Shown piece after piece: positions 11,172-20,633 of a stretch of DNA of 64,000 bases. The notes under the pieces were generated by a model, which was not told the origin of the DNA, searched no databases, and saw only the letters and a list, made by a program, of their open reading frames with translations. The position numbers and the translations under genes are program-made. This DNA comes from an uncultured delta proteobacterium. GTDB taxonomy: Bacteria; Desulfobacterota; Binatia; UBA9968. The stretch is taken from contig CAVUZH010000014.1 in assembly GCA_963745835.1 (NCBI GenBank), positions 448,001 through 512,000 on the forward strand. Direction: 5' to 3'. The stretch's first letter is position 1, and each line of letters opens with the position of its first letter.

Positions 11172-11192
11172 TGGACACATTTTGGACACATT
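11172..11192. repeat. Tandem direct repeat TGGACACATT x2, possible integrase arm-type sites
   Basis: Copies at 11172-11181 and 11183-11192, about 50 bp from tRNA 3' end. Confidence 0.5.
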
Positions 11193-11238
11193 GGATAATC
11201 TGCAAGGTGAGCTCTTTAGACATAAGCACTTGTTTTCA

Positions 11239-11315
11239 TGGCGCGCCCGGAGGGATTTGAACCCCCAACCCTCAGATCCGAAGTCTGATGCTCTGTCCAG
11301 TTGAGCTACGGGCGC
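11239..11315 (-). tRNA. tRNA-Arg(TCG)
   Basis: GCGCCCG acceptor stem, D arm AGCTCAACTGGACAGAGC, anticodon arm TCAGA-CTTCGGA-TCTGA, T loop GGTTCAAATCC, encoded CCA; 77 nt. Confidence 0.97.
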
Positions 11316-11331
11316 CCTTAACCGTCAGGGA

Positions 11332-13122
11332 CTAATCAAAGTAAACTAAATCCAAACCTTTTTCAAAAAAGAAGCGATGCAACGATGGTGGGATCTGACG
11401 GTCGGTGAGAAATATGGAACGGTTGCGCAACCAAAATCCTGCCGTGCTTATGTTAACTCGATCTTTGTTGCCGTTATCGGCTGAAAACTTATGTTCGCGG
11501 TAAACGGTCTGATCGCGCAATTCCCCGAGGACTCGGGTGATTATCTCCTTCGCTGACATGGACGATAAATCAAGTTCAACCACCTTCATTCCTTGTCGTT
11601 GTTGCAAGGCTTTCTTGATTTCAGGTTGTACTTGGTGAAAGAAGAGCCCGATTCGCTGCCCTTTGGATTCGAATATGCGATCAGTCTGAGTTTCAAATCG
11701 AAGCCCCTCTCCCATTTCGACTGACTGCGGCTCGGCCACGCCGAAGGGTATTCCATAAGCTAGCAGCAAAGCGTCAATTTTCTCGGACTTTTCTCTGGGC
11801 CAAATCTTAACCTCTCCAGTTAATCTCGTGGTCTCATTCGTCGTTGTTTGCGGTTGAGAAGAAGAGGCCAAGACGACCTCCTTCAGATGAACCCCTTTTG
11901 CCGACAATTGCTCCTGCAGGTATTCGGGAATTTCATCTGCTTGATCAGTGACCGTGATGATGAAGATCTCCTGAGCTTTGCCGCTCTCTTCCGGAGCAGC
12001 GGCAATCCATGTTCCCATCGCTTCGAACGCAACATCGCCCTGCTGAATGCTGATCGGCCGATCACTTGGCAACGCCTGATACCCTAGGCGCGATAATAAT
12101 TGACTCACCGTCTCCTGAAGGTCGGCGCCCGTGGCGAGAGAGAACACCGATGTACCGGCATCGGGAGACTCAAAACTCTTGCGCAATGATGTTGGCAATC
12201 GCTCGCGTGTATCGAGAATTACTCTTTGTTGCAGCTTACGGTTTAACACAATCGGGTAAGAAGCTTTATCCAACCGAACCGTGCCGTTGGGTAAGGGAAA
12301 CACCTCGTCCCCATCACTCTCGACTTCGATCCCAACCGTATTCAGCACTTGTGCCAATAACGGCAGGTTTTCTTGCGCAAGAAGTCGCCTCGCATGATCC
12401 AAAGGCAGCGGCGCGCGCACAGGAGTTGGATTCTGAGGTGGTGCGATGGGCTCATACGATTGCGCCAACTTTTCCGTTCCCGGCGCCAACGATGATGCGT
12501 TCTGCGCCACCACGGCTCCGGTTTTATCCGCAGGAAGTTGGATAACCTCTCCTTCCTGCAAAACATCCCATTCCTTACGCTGTGGGTTCAGGTCTTTAAC
12601 CAGCGCGTAGTACGTCGCCAATTCCTTCTCGTCGGTAATTTTTAATTGCTCGCGCAGTATTTGATAGAGATGATTGCCCCGTTTCACCCGATAATCAGTT
12701 GTCAAGCCATTGCCGAGGGACTCGTTCAATTCCTTCCCACCGGCGGCAACAGTTGACGGCACAACAAGAACTTCGTCGGGCCGCATGGGGATAAAGAGAG
12801 TATCGCCGACCTTAAGCACGCTCGCGCTTTTCATTTGAGGATTGAGGGCTTGAACGACAATGACATACTGGCTGAATTTTCGTTGGGTTAATCCTCGTTC
12901 TTGAATCAGGATTCGCCACAGCGAATCGCCGGGACCGATCCGGCGATTTTCCCCTTGGACCATGGCTCCTTTGTACTCGCGCGTCTCGGCGGACTTGCGC
13001 AGGGTCAGTTGCGATTCAGCTCTGTCGAATTGTTCTTGCCCGAAAACATCGGCAACAAGCATTGCGGTGGAAAACGCGATCGAAACGAGGCCGAGGGCTT
13101 TGTCGGACAACGGATACTTCAT
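11332..13122 (-). CDS. Secreted LysM-domain protein
   Basis: Signal peptide; two LysM-like repeats (GDSLWRI...LNP...LKVGDTLFIP; YRVKRG...LNP...GEVIQLP); overlaps cysS stop. Confidence 0.8.
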   Translation of the reverse strand: MKYPLSDKALGLVSIAFSTAMLVADVFGQEQFDRAESQLTLRKSAETREYKGAMVQGENRRIGPGDSLWRILIQERGLTQRKFSQYVIVVQALNPQMKSASVLKVGDTLFIPMRPDEVLVVPSTVAAGGKELNESLGNGLTTDYRVKRGNHLYQILREQLKITDEKELATYYALVKDLNPQRKEWDVLQEGEVIQLPADKTGAVVAQNASSLAPGTEKLAQSYEPIAPPQNPTPVRAPLPLDHARRLLAQENLPLLAQVLNTVGIEVESDGDEVFPLPNGTVRLDKASYPIVLNRKLQQRVILDTRERLPTSLRKSFESPDAGTSVFSLATGADLQETVSQLLSRLGYQALPSDRPISIQQGDVAFEAMGTWIAAAPEESGKAQEIFIITVTDQADEIPEYLQEQLSAKGVHLKEVVLASSSQPQTTTNETTRLTGEVKIWPREKSEKIDALLLAYGIPFGVAEPQSVEMGEGLRFETQTDRIFESKGQRIGLFFHQVQPEIKKALQQRQGMKVVELDLSSMSAKEIITRVLGELRDQTVYREHKFSADNGNKDRVNISTAGFWLRNRSIFLTDRQIPPSLHRFFFEKGLDLVYFD

Positions 13123-14531
13123 CTAACCTTCCACGTAGTGCCGCCTCGAGTGTCTTCCACAACGATTCCTTTGGCGAGTAGTTCATTGCGAATACGATCC
13201 GCCTCACGCCAGTTCTTGTTCATTCGGGCCTGATCCCTGGCGGCAATTGCCTTCTGCACCTCCGCTTCCGCAAAGCCTTGTTGCCGCAGCCACCGTGCCT
13301 TCTTTCTGCTGAGAAATGCCTCTGGACCATCTTGCAACAGTCCAAGAGCATCGCACATGGTTTCCAACGCCGAAGCGCGTTCAGCGACGCCATCGTTCTG
13401 CTTAGAATCGAGCAAGCGATTGAGAGATCGAACCTCGTCAAAGATCAAAGCTAATGCTCGCGGCGTGTTAAAATCATCATCCATTTCCTGGCGAAAGCTA
13501 GACATCAATGAAGGGTCCGCAACCCTGTTCTGCCGGCTGGTTCCGGAACACGCAATCCGCTCAATCGTTTCATAGATTCTCTCGGCGGACCGTTCCGCTT
13601 CCTGAAGAACTTCCTTGGAGAAATCACCTGGACTCCGATAATGGCTAGTCAAGAACAACTGACGCACGGCAACCGGATCGTGCTCCTGTAAAATCTCCTC
13701 TATCGTAAAGTAGTTGCCTAACGACTTCGACATTTTCTCGCCGTTCACGGTCAGGAGCCCATTATGCATCCAGTAACGCGCCAGCGGCAAGCCGAATGCG
13801 CCCTCAGACTGGGCAATTTCATTTTCGTGATGCGGAAACATCAAGTCTCTGCCGCCGCCGTGGATGTCGAAGGGCTGGCCGAGATATTTGCTGCTCATCA
13901 CCGAACACTCGATATGCCAGCCCGGACGGCCCGGACCCCAGGGGCTTTCCCAACTAGGCTCGCCGGCCTTACTCGATTTCCAAAGAGCGAAATCCAGCGG
14001 CGATTTCTTGCGCTCATCGATTTCGACGCGAGCCCCCGCCTCCAACTCCTCGATCCTTTTGCGCGAAAGCCTGCCATAGCCAGGAAAACCCGGAACTGAA
14101 AAGAATACATCGCCGTCAATGCGGTAGGCCAGCTGACGCTCCTCGAGTTTTTGTATGAGCTCGATGATCTCTGCAATATGCAAGGTCGCCCGCGGCTCTA
14201 GGCTCGGCGGCAGCAATCCTAACGACTCGGCGTCCCGGTGAAATTCGTCAATATAGCGGTCGGTAACGGCTTTACAGCTAATTTTCTGGTCGTTGGCTTT
14301 ATTGATAATTTTATCGTCGACGTCGGTGAAATTGCGCACGAACTGCACGCGATAACCGCAAAATTTCAGATAGCGATAGATGGTATCGAAGGTCAGCAGT
14401 GAGCGCGCATGGCCGATGTGCGAGGAATCGTAAACCGTCACGCCGCACACGTACATCCGCACTTCTCCCGGGGTCAGTGGCACAAAATCTTCTTTTTCCC
14501 CGCTGAGTGTATTGAAAATTTTTAGCGACAT
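13119..14531 (-). CDS. cysS: Cysteine--tRNA ligase
   Basis: MYVCGVTVY, HIGH, GRPGWHIECS, KMSKS. Confidence 0.99.
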   Translation of the reverse strand: MSLKIFNTLSGEKEDFVPLTPGEVRMYVCGVTVYDSSHIGHARSLLTFDTIYRYLKFCGYRVQFVRNFTDVDDKIINKANDQKISCKAVTDRYIDEFHRDAESLGLLPPSLEPRATLHIAEIIELIQKLEERQLAYRIDGDVFFSVPGFPGYGRLSRKRIEELEAGARVEIDERKKSPLDFALWKSSKAGEPSWESPWGPGRPGWHIECSVMSSKYLGQPFDIHGGGRDLMFPHHENEIAQSEGAFGLPLARYWMHNGLLTVNGEKMSKSLGNYFTIEEILQEHDPVAVRQLFLTSHYRSPGDFSKEVLQEAERSAERIYETIERIACSGTSRQNRVADPSLMSSFRQEMDDDFNTPRALALIFDEVRSLNRLLDSKQNDGVAERASALETMCDALGLLQDGPEAFLSRKKARWLRQQGFAEAEVQKAIAARDQARMNKNWREADRIRNELLAKGIVVEDTRGGTTWKVR

Positions 14532-14630
14532 ATGAAGGAATTCTCAATGTTACGGATCAGATCCGGATTTGCAAGCAATTTCGCGCAGCCCGCTTGCTAA
14601 TGCGAGGAAAAGAGCATAGACAAAAAATCT

Positions 14631-16286
14631 ATGAATTTTGCTAAACCTTATGAGGACTTAAGAGAGTTTATCGCCGCACTCGACGCTCACGACAAACTGT
14701 ACCGAATTCATCGAGAGATAAATAAAGACAGCGAATTGCAACCGTTGGTACGCTGGCAGTTTCGCGGCCTACCCGAAGAAGCGCGCCGCGGCTTTCTCTT
14801 CGACAATGTCACGGATGGAAAAGGACGCAAATACCATTGCCGCGTGTTAGTCGGCGGTCTCGCCGGCTCGGAAGCGATCTACTGTCTGGGGCTGAAGTGC
14901 CAGCCCGATGAGGTTGCCGATCGCTGGCTATACGCCATGGATCATCCCATTGATCCGATCATTGTCGGCTCCGGATCTTGCCAGGAGGAGGTCCACACAG
15001 GAGACGATCTTCTGTCCCAGGGCGGTCTGCTGGAGTTTGCGATCCCGATGTCCACACCGGGATTCGACAATGGTCCTTATATCACCGCCGGCCACTGGAT
15101 CACCAAAGATCCCGAGACCGGCAGGAGGAACGTCGGCAATTATCGCGGCTTGATCAAAGGACCTGCGCTGAGTGGACTTATGTCGGGAACGCCGCAGGAC
15201 TTGTCCTCGCATTGGGAAAAATGCCGCAAGGTCGGAAAGCCTTTGGAGGTTGCTATCGTTGTCGGCACAGTTCCGGCCGTATCTTATTGCGCGACCCAAA
15301 AGGTACCGCCGGACGTCGATGAAATTGCATTGGCGGGAGGCCTCACAGGCGCCCCGGTGAAGCTAGTGAAATGCAAGACCGTGGATCTGGAGGTGCCTGC
15401 CACCGCCGAAATTGTTTTGGAAGGCATCATTCCGACCAACTATATGGAGGAAGAAGGTCCTTACGGCGAGTCGATGGGTTATGTCGACCCTAGAACGTTG
15501 AGCACGATGTTCGAGTTGAAGTGCGTTACGCATCGCAAGGATCCCATCTGGGTGTCGATCATCAGCCAGGTCACTCCAAGCGAAAGTTCCAAGATTAAAG
15601 CGATGGGAATGTCGACTTTGGTCAAACGGTTCATCGTCAGCAAAGGCTTCGACTGCGTCCGCGAGGTTCACATGATCGAGCCCTTGGTGAACCTGCGGCC
15701 GTACGTTGCGGTCAGTTTGAAAAAACGGAACGACGAAGATCCTTGGGGAGTCATGCAGGCTGTCCTGGACTATGGCGACCGTGTTGGAAAGATGATCGTT
15801 GCGGTCGATGAGGACATAAACGTCAAAGATCCTATCGCGGTCAATTGGGCCATCACACATCGCTCGCAACCTCATAAGGATATCAAAATTGTCGGCGACC
15901 GGCCGTTCGGCGCCACGCCTATCGGCATGGTAGCAACGCATTCCTCGAGCCGTTATGACAATTGCGAGTCCTCGTTGCTGATCGACGCCACCCGCAAGGC
16001 TGACTTCCCGCCCCTATCGCTGCCGAAGAAAGAATTCATGGTCCGGGCGAAGGAGATTTGGGAAGAGCTGGGCCTGCCGAAACTTGAACCGCAGGAACCA
16101 TGGCATGGCTACTTGATGGGTCTATGGCCGGAAGATCTAGAAGAAGAAGCCGAGCTGGCAGCACAGAGCGAACATGAAAAAGTATGGGAGAAGCTGCGCC
16201 AAACTCGAGTTCAGGTAGGGGAAGGTGAGACATTAAAATCGATGCGCGCCAAATGGGGTAAATCCCACACCGGACGCTCGGAATAG
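14631..16286 (+). CDS. UbiD family (prFMN-dependent) decarboxylase
   Basis: DLREFI, NVGNYR, VPATAEIVLEG, EEGPYGE, DEDIN..D..V.WAI, IDAT. Confidence 0.93.
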   Translation: MNFAKPYEDLREFIAALDAHDKLYRIHREINKDSELQPLVRWQFRGLPEEARRGFLFDNVTDGKGRKYHCRVLVGGLAGSEAIYCLGLKCQPDEVADRWLYAMDHPIDPIIVGSGSCQEEVHTGDDLLSQGGLLEFAIPMSTPGFDNGPYITAGHWITKDPETGRRNVGNYRGLIKGPALSGLMSGTPQDLSSHWEKCRKVGKPLEVAIVVGTVPAVSYCATQKVPPDVDEIALAGGLTGAPVKLVKCKTVDLEVPATAEIVLEGIIPTNYMEEEGPYGESMGYVDPRTLSTMFELKCVTHRKDPIWVSIISQVTPSESSKIKAMGMSTLVKRFIVSKGFDCVREVHMIEPLVNLRPYVAVSLKKRNDEDPWGVMQAVLDYGDRVGKMIVAVDEDINVKDPIAVNWAITHRSQPHKDIKIVGDRPFGATPIGMVATHSSSRYDNCESSLLIDATRKADFPPLSLPKKEFMVRAKEIWEELGLPKLEPQEPWHGYLMGLWPEDLEEEAELAAQSEHEKVWEKLRQTRVQVGEGETLKSMRAKWGKSHTGRSE

Positions 16287-16288
16287 CC

Positions 16289-16858
16289 ATGAAGAAGAAC
16301 GTCACTTTTACCGTCAACGGTGAGGAACACGAGGTTGAAATAGAGTCAAACCGGCTCCTGCTTCAAGTCCTCAGGGATACGCTGGGTTTGACTGGAACGA
16401 AGGAAGGCTGCTCCATCGGAGTCTGCGGCGCATGCAGTGTCATTGTCGACGGCCGGGTCGTGAGCTCGTGTCTGACATTGGCGGCCGGCTGCGCCGGAAA
16501 AGAGATCCAAACCATCGAAGGTCTCGCCAAGAATGGCAAGCTCCATCCGTTGCAGCAGGCTTTCATCGAATACGGCGGCTTTCAATGCGGCATCTGCACT
16601 CCCGGACAGATCATGGCTGCGAAGTCTCTATTGGATGAAAACCCCACGCCAACAGAAGACGAAGTCAAAGAATGGATGTCGGGCAATCTCTGCCGCTGCA
16701 CCGGCTACTATAAAATTCTCGAAGCCGTGATGGCGGTAGTTAATAACAAGATCGATCCCGATTTCGCATTTCGAAAACGCGAGCAGACCGCCAAAATTCA
16801 AAGCCTGGACGTTTACAAAGCGGTCGCAAAGACACCTCACTCACACAAAGGTGAGTGA
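16289..16858 (+). CDS. Mo-hydroxylase small [2Fe-2S] subunit (CoxS-like)
   Basis: GTKEGCSIGVCGACSV, QCGICTPG, GNLCRCTGY. Confidence 0.95.
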   Translation: MKKNVTFTVNGEEHEVEIESNRLLLQVLRDTLGLTGTKEGCSIGVCGACSVIVDGRVVSSCLTLAAGCAGKEIQTIEGLAKNGKLHPLQQAFIEYGGFQCGICTPGQIMAAKSLLDENPTPTEDEVKEWMSGNLCRCTGYYKILEAVMAVVNNKIDPDFAFRKREQTAKIQSLDVYKAVAKTPHSHKGE

Positions 16859-16970
16859 GCGCCCTGAGCGCTGCCAAGAAAGTCAATCCAAGTGAAAGGA
16901 TCGACCTGAGCGAACCGGTCACAAGGATCGCATATAGACCTCCTACGAAATTATAAAGAGATCGTAACCT

Positions 16971-19268
16971 ATGGCAAAAGCAGAAAAGTTCTCGGTCGTC
17001 GGCCGGCGCGTTCAGCGAGTCGAAGGCTTCGACAAGGTCACTGGTGATTCGAAATTCATCGCGGATGTCTTTCTTCCCAATATGCTTGTCGGAAAAGTGC
17101 TGCGCAGCCCATTCCCCCATGCGCGGATCCGCAGCATCGACACCCGCAAGGCGGAAAAAGTTCGCGGGGTGCGCGCCGTGGTCACCGCTGAAGATACCAT
17201 CAAGCGACCCTGGGGCGCGTTTTTTGCCGATCAGTATATTCTTTCGGTCGGAAAGACTCGTTACGTTGGCGAAGAAGTCGCCGCAGTCGCGGCCATAGAT
17301 CCCGACATTGCCGAAGAGGCCATCGATCTGATCGAGGTCGATTGGGAACCGCTGCCCGGGGTCTTCGACGCCGAAGAAGCGATGCAAGACGGCGCCCCGC
17401 TGGTGCATGATGACAAGTCCAACAACATTGCAATGACGATGGACATCGAACGCGGCAATATCGCCCAAGCGTTCGCCGAGTCCGATGTGATAGTCGAAGA
17501 TACATTTCAGAGCATGCCGCAATGGCACTGCTCTATCGAGACCATCGGTAGCGTTGCCGAATATTCGCCTAACGGCAAATACACGATCTACATGAACACT
17601 CAAACCTTGTTTAACGCGCGTTACCGAATTGCCACCGCGCTGGGCGTGCCGGAGACCGATGTCCGGATCATACAGAGCGCGGTGGGCGGCGGCTTCGGCG
17701 GCAAGTCCTGCGATGACAACAATGCATTGGTCGCAGCGGTTCTATCGTGCAAAGCCGGCAAACCGGTAAAGCTTATCAACACGCGTGAGGAAGAATTCCT
17801 GGCGGGCTGCCGTCCGCGGGTTTTCATGAAGATCAATGTCAAGCTGGGCTTCAAAAAAGACGGTCGCATCCGCGCCAAGCACATCAAGGTGATCGCCGAT
17901 AACGGCGCCTATTCGGCGAAAGCGCCGGCAATCACTGGAGTAGCGGCCATGCGCCATGACACCTGTTATAAATATTCGGATGTCAAAACCGAAGCTTATC
18001 TGGTCTATACCAACAAAATTCCAACCGGCGCGTTTCGTGGATTCGGCAACCCGTCAGCCGAATGGGCGGTCGAGCAGGCGATCGATTTGGGCGCTCATGA
18101 GCTTGGCATAGATCCCATCGAAATCGCTCGTATCAATGCGGCCGAAACCGGCTACGTCTCGCCGCACGGCAACCGGGTCACCAGCTGCGAGTTGAAGCAG
18201 TGTCTCGATATGGCGGAGAAGATGATCGATTGGAAAACGCAGCGCGGCACCAGGGAGCCGAATACCGGCTTGGGGCTGGCATGCACGGTGCACGTAAGCG
18301 GCAAGCGTCACTTCGGCGACTATGATGGAAGTTCCGCAACGATCAAGCTGAACGAAGACGGCAAAGCGTTGATCCTCAGCGGCGAAGGTGAATGCGGGCA
18401 GGGAGTCCATACCGCGATGTGCCAGATTGCCGCTGAAGAATTGGGACTGCCGGTTGAAGACGTGGAGATCTCTCGCGCCGACACCGATTTGACGACGTTC
18501 TGTCTAGGCGCTTTTGCCAGCCGGCTCACCTACGTCAGCGGCAATGCGGTAAAAAACGCCGCCGCCAACGTCAAGCAACAACTATTTCAGCAAGCAGCTG
18601 AAATGCTCGAAGCCAATGCCGAAGACCTCGTTTCTAACGACGGGCGCATATTCGTGGCGGGCACCCAAGGGAAATCAGTGTCCGTAGCCGACGTCGCTCG
18701 AGCACGCCTGTTTCGCCATAATGGCGCGCCGATCGTCGGCTCAGGCAGCTTCGATGCCGATTCCGTTTTGCCGGACAGCACGCGTTTCGGCAACGAATCG
18801 GGCGCGTACAATTACGGCGTTCAGGCAGCTCAGGTTCGCGTCGATCCGGAAACCGGACAGGTCGAAATATTGAAATTTGTCATCGCATCCGACTGTGGCA
18901 CCGTCATCTATCCTCTGGGCGCCGAAGGGCAAGTGGAAGGCGGATTATCGCAGGGGATTGGCTATGCACTCACGGAAGGTTTGCAAATCGATGAAGGCAA
19001 ACCGGTCAATCCAAACTTTTCTGATTACCGCATTCCGTCGATGCGAGACATGCCGCCGCTTCAGCATGCATTCGCGGAGTCCTACGAGCCGACCGGCCCT
19101 TTTGGCGCCAAAGGATTGGGAGAGTTGAATATGGATCCGACAGCGGCGGTCATCAGCAATGCCATCTTCGATGCCGTCGGAGTGCGCATTAGGACGCTGC
19201 CGATCACGCCGGAGAAGATCCTTCGCGCCCTACAAAAAAAACGCGCCGGAGAAAGCGCCAAGCCATGA
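16971..19268 (+). CDS. Xanthine dehydrogenase family molybdopterin-binding subunit
   Basis: LRSPFPHARI, GGGFGGK, GAFRGFG, GQVEGG, GAKGLGE. Confidence 0.95.
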   Translation: MAKAEKFSVVGRRVQRVEGFDKVTGDSKFIADVFLPNMLVGKVLRSPFPHARIRSIDTRKAEKVRGVRAVVTAEDTIKRPWGAFFADQYILSVGKTRYVGEEVAAVAAIDPDIAEEAIDLIEVDWEPLPGVFDAEEAMQDGAPLVHDDKSNNIAMTMDIERGNIAQAFAESDVIVEDTFQSMPQWHCSIETIGSVAEYSPNGKYTIYMNTQTLFNARYRIATALGVPETDVRIIQSAVGGGFGGKSCDDNNALVAAVLSCKAGKPVKLINTREEEFLAGCRPRVFMKINVKLGFKKDGRIRAKHIKVIADNGAYSAKAPAITGVAAMRHDTCYKYSDVKTEAYLVYTNKIPTGAFRGFGNPSAEWAVEQAIDLGAHELGIDPIEIARINAAETGYVSPHGNRVTSCELKQCLDMAEKMIDWKTQRGTREPNTGLGLACTVHVSGKRHFGDYDGSSATIKLNEDGKALILSGEGECGQGVHTAMCQIAAEELGLPVEDVEISRADTDLTTFCLGAFASRLTYVSGNAVKNAAANVKQQLFQQAAEMLEANAEDLVSNDGRIFVAGTQGKSVSVADVARARLFRHNGAPIVGSGSFDADSVLPDSTRFGNESGAYNYGVQAAQVRVDPETGQVEILKFVIASDCGTVIYPLGAEGQVEGGLSQGIGYALTEGLQIDEGKPVNPNFSDYRIPSMRDMPPLQHAFAESYEPTGPFGAKGLGELNMDPTAAVISNAIFDAVGVRIRTLPITPEKILRALQKKRAGESAKP

Positions 19269-20125
19269 TCAGATTCGACTACTTGGAGCCGGCTACTCTA
19301 TCCGAGGCTTTTTCACTTCTGCAACAACACGGGGATAATGCCCGGGTGATTGCCGGCGGCACTTCCCTGATCATCTGGATGCGCCAACGTTTGCTGATGC
19401 CCAAGATGGTAATCGGCCTCGGGCGAATTCCTGAATTCGATACCATTACATTCGACCGACGAGAGGGTCTGCGCATCGGCGCCGGCGCGCGACACCGCGA
19501 TATCGAGCTTTCGCCGGCTGTGAAGCAACATTATCCCCTACTCCACGAGACCTTTCGCAAAGTCGCGCAGCCCAGAATTCGCAACATGGGAACCATCGGC
19601 GGCAATTTAGCCGGTGGCGACCCATTGACAGATCCGGGCGCGAGCCTGATTGCTCTGGATGCGGAACTCACGTTGGCCAACAGCAATGCAACGAGAACCG
19701 TGTCCGTAGAGGATTTTTTTGTCGATTACTATCAGACTGCGCTAGAACCGGGCGAGCTGTTGACTGAAATCCGCGTCCCACCACCTCAACGGCCCGGCTG
19801 GTCTCATATTAAGTTCACCCCTCGCAGCGTAGAAGATTTTGCAACGGTCGGCGTGGCCATGACGCTGCGCGGCAAGGCGGGCTCCTGCGAAGATGTGCGG
19901 CTGGCGCTCAACTCCGTGGCTTCCACTATCGTCCGGGCCAAACGCGCCGAAGATGTCTTACGCGGACAGCGCCTTTCAGACGATCTCCTCCGAGAAGCCG
20001 GCGAGATTGCCGCAACCGAGGTCGATCCGATGGACGATAATCGCGGCTCGGCCGATTATAAGCGTGATCTGGTGAAAGTGCTCGTGCGCCGCGCCGCTGA
20101 ACAAGCCATCCAGCGCCTTGGTTGA
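19265..20125 (+). CDS. Mo-hydroxylase FAD-binding medium subunit (CoxM-like)
   Basis: IAGGTSL, IRNMGTIGGN, YKRDL; ATGA overlap with upstream gene. Confidence 0.95.
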   Translation: MIRFDYLEPATLSEAFSLLQQHGDNARVIAGGTSLIIWMRQRLLMPKMVIGLGRIPEFDTITFDRREGLRIGAGARHRDIELSPAVKQHYPLLHETFRKVAQPRIRNMGTIGGNLAGGDPLTDPGASLIALDAELTLANSNATRTVSVEDFFVDYYQTALEPGELLTEIRVPPPQRPGWSHIKFTPRSVEDFATVGVAMTLRGKAGSCEDVRLALNSVASTIVRAKRAEDVLRGQRLSDDLLREAGEIAATEVDPMDDNRGSADYKRDLVKVLVRRAAEQAIQRLG

Positions 20126-20158
20126 CCCGTTTTCCGGCAGACGTTAGTTTAAAAATAT

Positions 20159-20633
20159 ATGAAGAAGACGATACGCGTTACAGTTAACGGGCGGTTGTAT
20201 GAAGAAGACGTCGAGCCGCGCATTCTTGCTGTCGCATTTTCTGCGCGAAACGATCGGCTTAACCGGCACCCACGTTGGCTGCGTCGTCGGCGAATGCGGC
20301 GCGTGCTCGGTTCTTCTCGATGACAAGCTGATTAAATCTTGTCTCCACTTTGCGGTGCAGGCGGACGGCTGCAGTGTGACCACAATCGAGGGATTGGCCA
20401 AAGACGGTCAGCTGAGTGTAATTCAAGAAGCGTTCGTTAAGCATTACGCCTTACAGTGCGGTTACTGCACCCCCGGGATGGTGATGGCAAGCCATGCGCT
20501 GTTGCGCGATCATCCCCAGCCCACCGAAGAAGAAATTCGCAAAGCGCTCGGCGGCAATCTATGCATGTGCACCGGCTATGTGCAGATTGTCGAAGCCGTA
20601 AAGGACGCCGCAAAAGGATCCACCCATGCCTGA
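20159..20633 (+). CDS. Second [2Fe-2S] small subunit (CoxS-like), 1-nt frameshift near 20225
   Basis: [21 protein letters not shown] from ATG 20159 joins, after a shift, [41 protein letters not shown]. Confidence 0.85.

Larger units (their letters stand above)
1..11238. mobile_element. Degenerate genomic island integrated at the 3' end of tRNA-Arg (extends beyond window start)
   Basis: Directly downstream of the tRNA CCA end; low coding density, many short ORFs, methyltransferase and mobile-element remnants, tandem TGGACACATT repeats near the tRNA; no integrase visible in window. Confidence 0.6.

Noticed and set aside
20158-20211. Direct repeat TATGAAGAAGACG twice at the coxS-like start
   Set aside because: Both copies are explained by coding sequence in different frames (MKKT / YEED); probably coincidental
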